From Macrostomum hystrix (lineage: Eukaryota; Animalia; Platyhelminthes), in NCBI GenBank assembly GCA_950097015.1, contig CATNEN010000038.1, forward strand, positions 14,136,001 to 14,200,000: a stretch of DNA of 64,000 bases, read 5' to 3'. The stretch's first letter is position 1. Each line of letters starts with the position of its first letter. The notes under the pieces are model-generated. The model was not told the origin of the DNA and ran no database searches. It was given only the letters and a program-made list of their open reading frames with translations. A program made the translations under genes and the position numbers. This document shows positions 36,601-48,600 of the stretch, one piece after another.

Positions 36601-39600
36601 CCGACTCAATTGGGAACAATTGATATCTTAATAAGACACTTTATTGTATATAGTTTCAGTTCAGCTGTTAAATGGGTACCAGCATCAGCTGGGGGTAATT
36701 AAGGTTGGGTTTGGCGTCTCACCCAGTCCATGGACTGAACAGCTGGTACGAAGCCTTCAGATGCGCTGCGTAATAGCTGCCATAATAATAACAATAATAA
36801 TAATTGCAGGAGGGCTGGGGGCAGGAAATAGCGCGTCATTTGGTGACACTAGACCCGCAGCCAGCGAGGAGGCAATTCTGTCTATTTCGCTGACTCCTGA
36901 GCACACACTCACACATACTGTACGCTGCCTTGACTTTCTCATCGTCTTGGAGGTTGGCCCTCAGGGGCGTAAATTGGACGATAAGCCTCCAAGCCTTCTG
37001 TCCGCGGCTGCGCCCCAACTGAGTTCGGGAACCTTAGCAAAGGCTTTAGACCGCTCTGTCACACTAAGGCGATACAAATATCCCCCAAAACATCGCACCA
37101 GATCATTGCCAACGAGCGCCCAGACGGCATCCTGCTGGCATTCGGCGGCCAGACGGCTTTGAACTGCGGCATTAAGCTGCGCAATTGCAACGTCCTGGAC
37201 GAATTCGGCGTGCGCGTACTCGGCACTCCAATTGAGTCAATCGAGTGGACAGAAGATCGCGAAGTATTCGCCCGCAAGATGCAGGACATTGGCGAACAGG
37301 TGGCACCTTCCGAGGCCGCCTGCAGCGTCCAGGAGGCGGTGGCGGCTGCTCAGCGGCTCGGCTACCCCGTCATGGTGCGAGCCGCGTTCGCTCTTGGCGG
37401 CCTGGGCTCCGGCTTCGCTAACGACGCCAAGGTGAGCGCTTGGGCTCATTGCTCTTACCTGCCTTTGGGCCTCCTGCCTCTCCTGTCTTGTCACTCTCTT
37501 CCCTGAGTCTTGTCACTCTCTTCCCTGAGTCTTGTCACTCTCTTCCCTGAGTCTTGTCACTCTCTTCCCTGAGTCTTGTCACTCTCTTCCCTGAGTCTTG
37601 TCACTCTCTTCCCTGAGTCTTGTCACTCTCTTCCCTGAGTCTTGTCACTCTCTTCCCTGAGTCTTGTCACTCTCTTCCCTGAGTCTTGTCACTCTCTTCC
37701 CTGAGTCTTGTCACTCTTTTCCATTGAGTCTCCCCTATCTCTAGTCACTCCTATCTCTAGTCACTCTCCTATCTCTAGTCACTCTCCTATCTCTATCTCT
37801 ACTCACTCTCCTGTCTCTAGTCACTCTCCTATCTCTAGTCACTCTCCTATCTCTAGTCACTCTCCTATCTCTAGTCACTCTCCTATCTCTAGTCACTCTC
37901 CTATCTCTAGTCACTCTCCTATCTCTATCTCTACACACTCTCCTGTCTCTAGTCACTCTCCTATCTCTAGTCACTCTCCTATCTCTAGTCACTCTCCTAT
38001 CTCTAGTCACTCTCCTATCTCTAGTCACTCTCCTATCTCTAGTCACTCTCCTATCTCTAGTCACTCTCCTATCTCTAGTCACTCTCCTATCTCTAGTCAC
38101 TCTCCTATCTCTAGTCACTCTCCTATCTCTAATCACTCTCCTATCTCTAGTCACTCTCCTATCTCTAGTCACTCTCCTATCTCTAGTCACTCTCCTATCT
38201 CTAGTCACTCTCCTATCTCTAGTCACTCTCCTATCTCTATCTCTACACACTCTCCTGTCTCTAGTCACTCTCCTATCTCTAGTCACTCTCCTATCTCTAG
38301 TCACTCTCCTGTCTCTAGTCACTCTCCTATCTCTAGTCACTCTCCTATCTCTAGTCACTCTCCTATCTCTAGTCACTCTCCTATCTCTAGTCACTCTCCT
38401 ATCTCTAGTCACTCTCCTATCTCTAGTCACTCTCCTATCTCTAGTCACTCTCCTATCTTTATCTTTAGTCATTCTCCTATCTCTAGTCACTCTCCTGTCT
38501 CTAGTCACTCTCCTATCTCTAGTCACTCTCCTATCTCTAGTCACTCTCCTATCTCTAGTCACTCTCCTATCTCTAGTCACTCTCCTATCTCTAGTCACTC
38601 TCCTATCTCTAGTCACTATCCTATCTTTATCTTTAGTCATTCTCCTATCTCTAGTCACTCTCCTATCTCTAGTCACTCTCCTGTCTCTAGTCACTCTCCT
38701 ATCTCTAGTCACTCTCCTATCTCTAGTCACTCTCCTATATCTAGTCACTTTCCTATCTCTAGTCACTCTCTTATCTCTATCTCTAGTCACTCTCCTATCT
38801 CTAGTCACTCTCCTATCTCTATCTCTAGTCACTCTCCTATCTCTAGTCACTCTCCTATCTCTAGTCACTCTCCTATCTCTATCTCTAGTCACTCTCCTAT
38901 CTCTATCTCTAGTCACTCTCCTATATTCGCAACAGGAACTAACGGAGCTGGCCACGGTGGCCCTGGCCAACACTAGCCAGATTCTGGTGGACAAATCGCT
39001 CAAAGGCTGGAAAGAAGTTGAATACGAAGTGGTGCGAGACGCCTACAATAATTGTATTACGGTGTGCAACATGGAGAACTTTGATCCGCTTGGTGAGTAG
39101 TTCATCTTGGATTATTTGGTAGAAAAACCTCGCTACTTTTCAAATATCCATATTTGATAGATCCCAAACCAAATACCCGACATGTGATGAACTATGCCTA
39201 TTTTTGTGTTTCTTGCCACCAGACTGTCCGACAAGAATCGTTGAATATCCCGAGTATGCCGATGTTTTGTGATTCTGACAGTTATTTGTTCTGAATTTTC
39301 ATTTCGATTGGTTGAATATTTTGGGAGATACAGAAAAAAGAAAAATGTGGATATTTGAAATACTCCTGTAGTCGTTGTGTTGTTAAGGTAGGATTAATAC
39401 AGAAGGCATTCCCCCCCTGTCCACCACCACATCGAAGGCATCCACACTGGCGAGTCTATCGTAGTGGCGCCCTCCCAGACCCTGACAGACTTTGAATATC
39501 AGATGCTGCGAAGTGCAGCCATCAAAGTAGTCTGCCATCTGGGCATTGTCGGCGAGTGCAACATTCAATACGCCCTGGATCCTGACTCGCATCGTTATTA

Positions 39601-42600
39601 CATCATCGAGGTGAATGCCCGTCTGTCCAGGAGTTCAGCTCTGGCTAGCAAAGCTACTGGCTACGCGCTGGCGTATGTGGCCGCCAAGCTCAGCCTTGGC
39701 TATCGTCTGCCAGAACTAAAAAATCTCGTCACCGGGTGCACAACGGCCTGCTTTGAGCCCTCCCTAGACTATTGCGTTGTAAAAATCCCCAGATGGGATT
39801 TAAAGAAATTCTCCCGCGTCTCCAATGTTATTGGCAGTTCAATGAAATCTGTTGGCGAAGTGATGGCTATTGGCAGACGATTTGAAGAGGCCGTTCAAAA
39901 AGCTCTTAGAATGGTGGACGATTCTATTCAGGGATTCGATCCCTATAGGACTGATCCCAGCGAGCAGGGCCTGTTGGTGCCAACCGATCAGCGAGTCTTT
40001 GTCCTGGCCGCCGCACTCAAGCTCAACTGGTCAATCGATAAGATCTACGAGCTAACTAAGATTGATCGTTGGTTCCTGCACAAGCTCAGCAACATCACCG
40101 ACTGTTATACTGACATTGAGAAGGAAGCCAAGGTCCATGCCTGTCTGTCTGAGGACACCCTGCGGCGGGCCAAGCAGTTGGGCTTCTCAGACATTCAAAT
40201 TGCCAGGGCTGGCAATACGCTGGACACGCTGGTTAGGAAGAGCCGACAACAGTACGGCATTGTGCCCTTTGTGAAGCAGGTAGGTTGATTGTGGCTTATT
40301 TATTATTATCCTATTTTTCACATGATCTCATATATCCGAGTCGGGCCTAAATGTATAAACGCAGCTATTTCGCAGCGCATCCAAAAGCTGTGTACAGTTG
40401 CTCAGTCCATGGACTAAGGGCCTGCTACACACCCAACCGAATTTCTACTCAAGCTAATGCAGGTACCCATTTTTAAACTGGGTGAAGTTTGTTTCTGTCT
40501 TTAATCATTCATAGACTGTACTTGACCCAATCGGGACTATTCTCTATTTCCCACTCAACTTGGGCATCAACAAACAGGAGCAGTCGGCACAATCGCAGCT
40601 TGCTATTGTAGAGCGCGTGACGACTATTTCTATTCCGGACAGCCGCTGCTACACAATGCAACGGGTTGGCCAAGCTGTGCAGATCTTTGTAGCAGTACTG
40701 GTCGGCAGTGTTACAACTGGTCCGCTTGAACTGGTCTCGCTTCCAAGCTGCGGCGAATCGTACCTGTACGGCTTGTACGGCTCTAGGTATTCGCATATGT
40801 AGCCGTAGGCTACGTGAGAACAATAATCTGTAATGATACGGCCAGGACTACCGCCAAACATTGTCAACAAGCAGTCCTGTGCAGCTATATCAGGATATTT
40901 CGAATTTCACACGCTGATATCCGTTACTAGAATACCATTGTCATTGATCTGTTGCCAGCCGGATTTGTCCTCATTTCGCTCATCGGCTAGATCGGATACG
41001 CCAAGCCACAGACTAGCACTATAGGCCGTTAGTATCTTCTTGACTGAGATATTTGAGTTTATTAACTCACCTCCGAGTGATGCACCAGCTTCATTAGCCT
41101 GGCACCAGTTGAATTTTAGCTTGGTATTCACGTGCAGGCATAGATGCATTGACTGTTGAATGCTGAACGGAGCAGGGCAGTAAAATGCCTCAACAAAATT
41201 TGTGGATAATGACAATAAGATTAACAGCACCAGAAGACTTCTTATATAGTCTTCTTATCTTCTTATCTTATGTTTCCAAGAAAAAGAAAAACTGAAGCGC
41301 TGATGTCGTTTTAGAGTGGGTATATTTGAGTCGCATATTTTTATTAGTGAATTATTTATTTAAGGATTTTTCCTCCACACGTTAAAGCGGCTTCACCGCT
41401 TTTTATCCCCTCAACGTAGCGCTAAAATTGATCGCTGCTAGAAAAAATACACTTTCTTCTCAAGCTCAACTGATACAGAAAATCACAGAGTCTTTCGATA
41501 GAAAACGTTTAAACTGTTATATTCTGAGTAAGGCTAGTATCACAATCGCGTGTTAAGATATTGCTCCAATGCTTGATCGTCTTTTCTTGGCATTTTAAAC
41601 TTCGAACATCAACCAATCCACCTTGTCGCCAGTCATCGTCGGCATAACGCCATCAAAGCGTATCAGCTGGCAAAGGCCAGTTAGGTTGTTGTAGAGCAGT
41701 CGATTCACGCCCTGAACGCGCTGGGTTTGGGCCGCACAATGCAGCAAGCTGGTCACAGATGGTATGTCCTTGCGGCAGGTGTACTCACTGGAACTGTTGC
41801 CGCTCTTAAGCAGCGATGGATTAGTTCGCTGCCATCTGCTCACAGTCTTGTCCAGCTGTCGCGGTGTGAATTCGCACAAATAGCTTAAATTGGATGAACA
41901 GGAAATATCAACCAGTTTGCCTGTGCTTTGCGGCTGATTGCACATCACAGCCAAGCAGTCCTCATTGCTTTGACCATTATTAGGGTCGCCTGGCAACCAC
42001 AGCAGGTCGTCAAATGGCAAGACTTCGTTTCCATTAATCGCTTGCCACCCGTCTCGATTTTTGTGACGTTCGTCAACCAGATCAGAGAAACCAACCCACA
42101 TAGCCGCGCCAATGTTGCCCTTGCAATATGGCATACCCATAGCGTTAGTCAGTTGTCGTATTGATCTGTTACTATTTACCAACTGACCTCCCAGTGCGGC
42201 GCATTCAGCATTGGCAGAGCACCAGTCGTACTTTGTCGCGTTGTTATGGTATAGGCACAGTTCTAGCAGGTCGAGTTGAAACGGCTCTGGACACTGCTGG
42301 CCAACCGATTGCTCGATTAGCACCAGCTGCCACATCAGCAGGCGCGTCAACAGTCGCTTAGTTGCGGAGACACGGACCATCTTGCTAAGCTTCCCAGATT
42401 CTGCTACTCTGCGTTTTCATGCTAGAATTTATCTACGGATGCGAGCGTGTTTACTCGCATGTTGTGAGAATATTCCTGTTTGATGGGCATTTAGGCGCAT
42501 ATCCGATGAATCAGCACTTAGCAGTTTACACATAGCCATCCATTAGCTTGGCACACATGATTCACATGTTGATTAAACAGAGTTTGAAACTGATGCTTTT

Positions 42601-45600
42601 AGCAATGTTATACAAAAATTTAATATTTGTCACCTACTTTTTTAAATTTAAAGCGAAGCAATTTTAAGGATATTGCCTAAAAGCGTCCATTTTTAATCTT
42701 ATGTTTCCGTCCGAAGCACCGTTTATTATGCTTACCTTTCCCAACTCCCAACTTTCCAGTTCCCAGCTCCGAGTTCTGCAAGTAATCTGCCCTTCCCAAA
42801 TCTACAGTAATCCACCCTTTGCTTCCCAGTTCTCAACTCTGCAGTGATCCGCTCTCCCCAACTCTGCAGTGATCCGCTCTCCCCAACTCTGCAGTGATCC
42901 GCTCTCCCCAACTTTGCAGTGATCCGCTCTCCCCAACTCTGCAGTACTCCGCTCTTCCCAACTCTGCAGTACTCCGCTCTCCCCAACTCTGCAGTACTCC
43001 GCTCTTCCCAACTCTACAGTAATCCGCTCTTCCCAACTGTACAGTAATCCGCTCTTCCCAACTCTACAGTAATCCGCTCTTCCAAAATGTACAGTAATCC
43101 GCCCTTCCCAACTGTATAGTAATCCGCCCTTCCCAACTGTATAGTAATCCGCTCTTCCCAACTGTACAGTAATCCGCCCTTCCCTAATGTACAGTAATCC
43201 GCCCTTCCCAACTGTATAGTAATCCGCCCTTCCCAACTGTATAGTAATCCGCTCTTCCCAACTGTACAGTAATCCGCCCTTCCGTACTGTATAGTAATCT
43301 ACCCTTCCCGACTGTATAGTAATCCGCTCTTCCCAACTGTACAGTAATCCGCCCTTCCCTAATGTACAGTAATCCGCCCTTCCCAACTGTATAGTAATCC
43401 GCTCTTCCCAACTGTACAGTAATCCGCCCTTCCCTAATGTACAGTAATCCGCCCTTCCCAACTGTACAGTAATCCGCTCTTCCCAACTGTACAGTAATCC
43501 GCCCTTCCCTAATGTACAGTAATCCGCCCTTCCCAACTGTATAGTAATCCGCTCTTCCCAACTGTACAGTAATCCACCCTTCCCAACTGTACAGTAATCC
43601 GCCCTTCCCAACTGTACAGTAATCCGCCCATACAAGCTCTGCTAGTAATCCGCCCTTACCAACTGTACAGTAATCCGCCCATTCAAGCTCTGCTAGTAAT
43701 CCGCTCTTCCCAACTGTACAGTAATCCACCATGTTCATCTGTCCGAGCTTATCAATAATTTATTCCTCGTCAAACTTCAGGTCGACACAGTAGCTGCCGA
43801 ATGGCCAGCCGAGACTAATTATCTTTACATGACCTACAATGGCGAAGAGCACGACGTCGAGTTCAACGATCGACACGTGATGGTCCTCGGTTCCGGCGTC
43901 TATCGCATCGGCAGCTCCGTTGAATTTGACTGGTGTACAGTCGGCTGCGTCAACGAGCTCACCCGGCTGGGTCATCGCACTGTAATGGTCAACTTCAATC
44001 CGGAGACAGTCTCAACCGACTACGACATGTGCGACAGATTGTACTTTGAAGAGATTTCGCTGGAGCGAGTGATGGACATTTACGACATTGAGAATCCAGA
44101 CGGCGTGCTTGTCAGCATGGGTGGACAGCTGCCAAATAACATTGCCATGGGCCTGCACTTTTACAAGGTTAGTTTAAATTTCCTATCAAAAAACTTCAGT
44201 TCGCCCAGATCCCCAGTGACTTCAGTTCTCCCAGATCCCCAGTGACTTCAGTTCTCCCAGATCCCCAGTGACTTCAGTTCGCCCAGATCCCCAGTGACTT
44301 CAGTTCTCCCAGATCCCTAGTGACTCCAGATCCCCAGTGACTTCAGTTCTCCCAGATCCCCAGTGACTTCAGTTCTCCCAGATCCCCAGTGACTTCAGTT
44401 CTCCCAGATCCCCAGTGACTTCAGTTCTCCCAGATCCCTAGATAAATTTTAATTCCCACTGCCCTGTTGTCTTTCGCAGGTGAACATCCGCGGTACCAGT
44501 CCCGAAAGCATTGACAATGCCGAGAACCGGTTCAAATTCAGTCGCCTCCTGGACCAGATCGGAATCGAGCAGCCTAAATGGAAGGAGCTCACCGATGTGA
44601 CCGAAGCAATCGCCTTCTGCAGACAGGTTGAGTATCCCTGCCTGGTCCGGCCCAGCTATGTTCTGTCCGGTGCAGCCATGAATGTGGCCTATTCCGATGA
44701 GGAGCTCACTGCTTACCTGTCTGAGGCCAGTAAGGTAAGACTCGCGTTTTAAATTGCTTTCTGGAATCTGAAAATTAAGCAGTATGGCTCAGAGTGAGTG
44801 AGCAGTACGGATCACAATGCCTTCCATGAACTCAAAATCATTGCTCAGGTGAGCAAGGAGCACCCGGTAGTAATCAGCAAGTTCATCCAAGATGCCAAGG
44901 AGATCGATGTCGACGCAGTAGCGCAGGGAGGCCGCCTAATCTGCATGGCTGTCTCCGAGCACGTTGAAAATGCCGGCGTGCATTCGGGCGACGCAACCCT
45001 GGTCACTCCGCCGGATGATTTGAACGACGCCACGCTGAAACAGATCGAAGAGATCTCACTGGCCATCGCCACCGCTCTTGGCGTGAATGGGCCCTTCAAT
45101 ATGCAGCTGCTGGCTAAGGACAACCAGCTCAAGGTCATCGAGTGCAATTTGCGAGTGTCGCGGTGAGTCTAGTGCCCGGCAAAAGCGTAAAAATCCCCTT
45201 TTTTCCAAAAGTTAATTTTTCTTATCTTATGATGTGTATGATATATCAATTTACGATCAATCCAGGTCGTTCCCATTCGTGTCCAAGACTCTCGGCCAAG
45301 ACTTTGTTGCCCTGGCAACCCGGGCTATCATGGGAGAGCAACTAGTGCCGGCAAAGCTGAATTTGCGCACCGATCGCACCGGTGTCAAGGTGCCAATGTT
45401 CTCATTCAATCGACTGCAAGGCGCCGATGTACTTTTAGGCGTCGAAATGACCAGCACCGGCGAGGTGGCCTGCTTTGGTCACAATCGCTGGGAGGCCTTT
45501 CTCAAAGCCCAGATGAGCACTGGCTTTGTCATACCCAAACGAAACATCCTCGTGTCTATTGGCAGCTATAGGCATAAGGTTTGCACTTTTGTTCTGCTAG

Positions 45601-48600
45601 AATCGCACTTTTTCAAAACTGTGACCAGACCAGCCATCTGCCGGCGTCACTAACCCCACTCCGCCTGAATCACCCATCCCACTCCTCTGCCGCCATCACC
45701 CACCCCACTGCCGCCATCACCCACCCCACTCCTCTGCCGCCATCACCCACCCCACTCCTCTGCCGCCATCACCCACCCCACTCCTCTGCCGCCATCACCC
45801 ACTACACTCTGCCGCCATCACCCACCCCACTCCTCTGCCGCCATCAACCACCCCACTGCCGCCATCACCCACCCCACTCCTGCACCAACCCATCCTCAAA
45901 CCACGCAGGTGGAGCTGTTGGACTCCATTCGCACCCTGGCCAAACTCGGCTACAAACTGTTCGCCAGTCCGGGCACAGCCGACTTCTACAATTCGCACAA
46001 TATCAGCGTCACCCAGGTCGACTGGATGTTCGAAGACGCCGGCCATCAGGAAGAGGCCGGCGCCGAGGCCATGAGTCAGAAGAGCATCGCTAGGTACCTT
46101 AGTCAGCATCACTTCGATCTGGTCATCAACCTGCCGCTGCAGTCGGCTGGACGGCGACGCGCCTCTTCCTTCGTGACGCAAGGCTATCGAACTCGCCGAC
46201 TGGCTGTTGACTACTCTGTGCCGCTGCTTACCGATGTCAAATGCGTCAAAGTCATGGTCGAGGCGCTGCGTCAGTTTAATTGTCGAGCACCGCCGGTTAG
46301 TCGGAGCATCTTAACATTTTCAGCACCCATGGGTCTCTGAATAAGCCTTTGACGCTTATTCAAGCAGTTCTTTGTTTTCGGATACATTCTCAGTCTTGCT
46401 CTTTCCGCCCTCATCCGCCTCATTCTCAGTCTGGTTGTTTCCACCCTCATCGGCCCATTCTCAGTCTGGCTCTTTCCACCCTCATCCGGCCCATTCTCAG
46501 TCTAGCTCTTTCCGCCCTCATCCGTCCCATTCTCAGTCTGCCTCTTTCCACCCTCATCCGGCCCATTCTCAGTCTGGCTCTTTCCGCCCTCATCCGCCCA
46601 TTCTCAGTCTAGCTCTTTCCGCCCTCATCCGTCCCATTCTCAGTCTGCCTCTTTCCGCCCTCGTCCGCCCATTCTCAGTCTGGCTCTTCAGCCCTCGTCC
46701 GCCCCATTCTCAGTATGGCTCTTCAGCCCTCGTCCGCCCCATTCTCAGTCTGGCTATTTTGCACCCTTCTGAATTTTTACCATTCTTCGCCTGCAGGTGA
46801 ACCTGCGCACCGACTGCCTGTCCGCTGGCCGCCTAATCTACCTGCCCGGCCTAATTGATGTTCACGTGCACTGCCGCGAACCCGGCGCCTGCCACAAGGA
46901 GGACTGGGCCAGCGCCACTGCAGCCGCATTAGCCGGTGGAATCACCTGCATCCTGGCCATGCCGAACACTAACCCGCCAGTTGTTAATGCGGCCGCTTTG
47001 GCTCTTTCCCAGAATGTAGCCCGAGCTGGCGCCAGGTAATGTGGCTAGTTTTCAGTTTTCAATGTCTATGACAATGACCGTTTTTTGATTTGTCTATGAC
47101 AATGACCGTTTTTTGATCTGTCTATCACAATGACAGTTTTTTATTTTTCTATGACAATGACCGTTTTTTGATTTGTCTATGACAATGACCGTTTTCTGAT
47201 TTTTCTATGACAATGACCGTTTTATATTTGTTTATTCTGACAAAGATTATTTTGTCAGTCTTCATGGTCCATGACTATTTGTTACAATGACCGTTTTCTG
47301 ATTTTTTCTGCTGCCAGGTGTGACTACGGCCTGTACATAGGCGCCAGTGCAGACAACGCCGAATTGGCTGCCAAGCATCTATCAGCAGAAGCCTGTGGCC
47401 TTAAGATGTACCTAAACGAGACCTTCAGCACTCTGCAGATGCCCGCCACGGACCAATGGGCCGCCCATCTTCGTCACTGGCCTTTGAATAAGCCGCTGTG
47501 CGCTCACGCCGAAGGTCAAACCACAGCCGCAGTCATCCTAATGGCACACCTAGCCAATCGGCCCATTCACATCTGTCACCTGTCTAGCCGGGAAGAGGTG
47601 TTGATTGTTCGCCAGGCTAAAGCTGCCGGTATCCGGGTCACCTGCGAAGTGGCCCCGCATCACCTGTTCCTATCCGGCGACGATTCCATCTGCCGCAGCG
47701 CCAGCCAATCGGAGCCCGGCTATAGGGAGGTGCGACCTCGCCTGCAGACTTCGGACGATCAGAAAGCCCTGTGGGAGAATCTTGACATTATCGACTGCTT
47801 CGCTACGGATCACGCTCCCCACACAAGGTTTGTAGACAGATGCGGTTATATCCCTGCTCAACTCTCTTATCAAATGTGTGCTCAACTCTCTTATCAAATT
47901 TGTGCTCAACTCTCTTATTAAATGTGTGCTCAACTCATCAAATGTGTGCTCAACTCTCTTATCAAATGTGTGCTCAACTCTCTTATCAAATGTGTGTTCA
48001 ACTCTCTTATTAAATGTGTGTTCAACTCTCTTATCAAATTTGTGCTCAACTCTCTTATCAAATGTGTGCTCAACTCTCTTATTAAATGTGTGCTCAACTC
48101 TCTTATCAAATCTGTTCTCAATTCTCCTCTCAAAAGTGTGTTGAGTTTTCAGCTTTGAGTGTGCATGCTCAGTGCTCAATTAAAATCTTAAATTGTACTG
48201 ATTCTGTTGTTCCTGACACTGGATTTGAATTCGCGCGCCAATTTTGCACTCAGAGAAGAGAAAGCCTCCGCAAAGCCACCGCCCGGCTTTCCTGGCCTGG
48301 AAACGGCCCTGCCGTTGCTGCTAAACGCGGTTGCTGAGGGCCGGCTGACACTGGAAACCATCGTTGAGAAGATGTACACGAATCCCATGAGGATCTTCGG
48401 CCTGGCAGAGCAGCCGGACACCTACGTGGAAGTCGATCTGGACGCAGAGAGGACTTTCCCCGAGTCGGGCTGGCTAAGCAAGGCCAACTGGTCGCCTTTC
48501 GCAGGCTGGACGGTAGGGGCGAAATCATCTAGCCAATATGTATAGAGATTTGCATTTTATTTACGGCTTAACGACGCAACCATTTGCTCAGGTTCGCGGC

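Noticed and set aside
40907-40909. In-frame TGA read as selenocysteine, readthrough or a variant genetic code
   Set aside because: It aligns to Trp, the same gene also has a frameshift and no ATG, and other genes in the window use TGA as stop and TGG for Trp.
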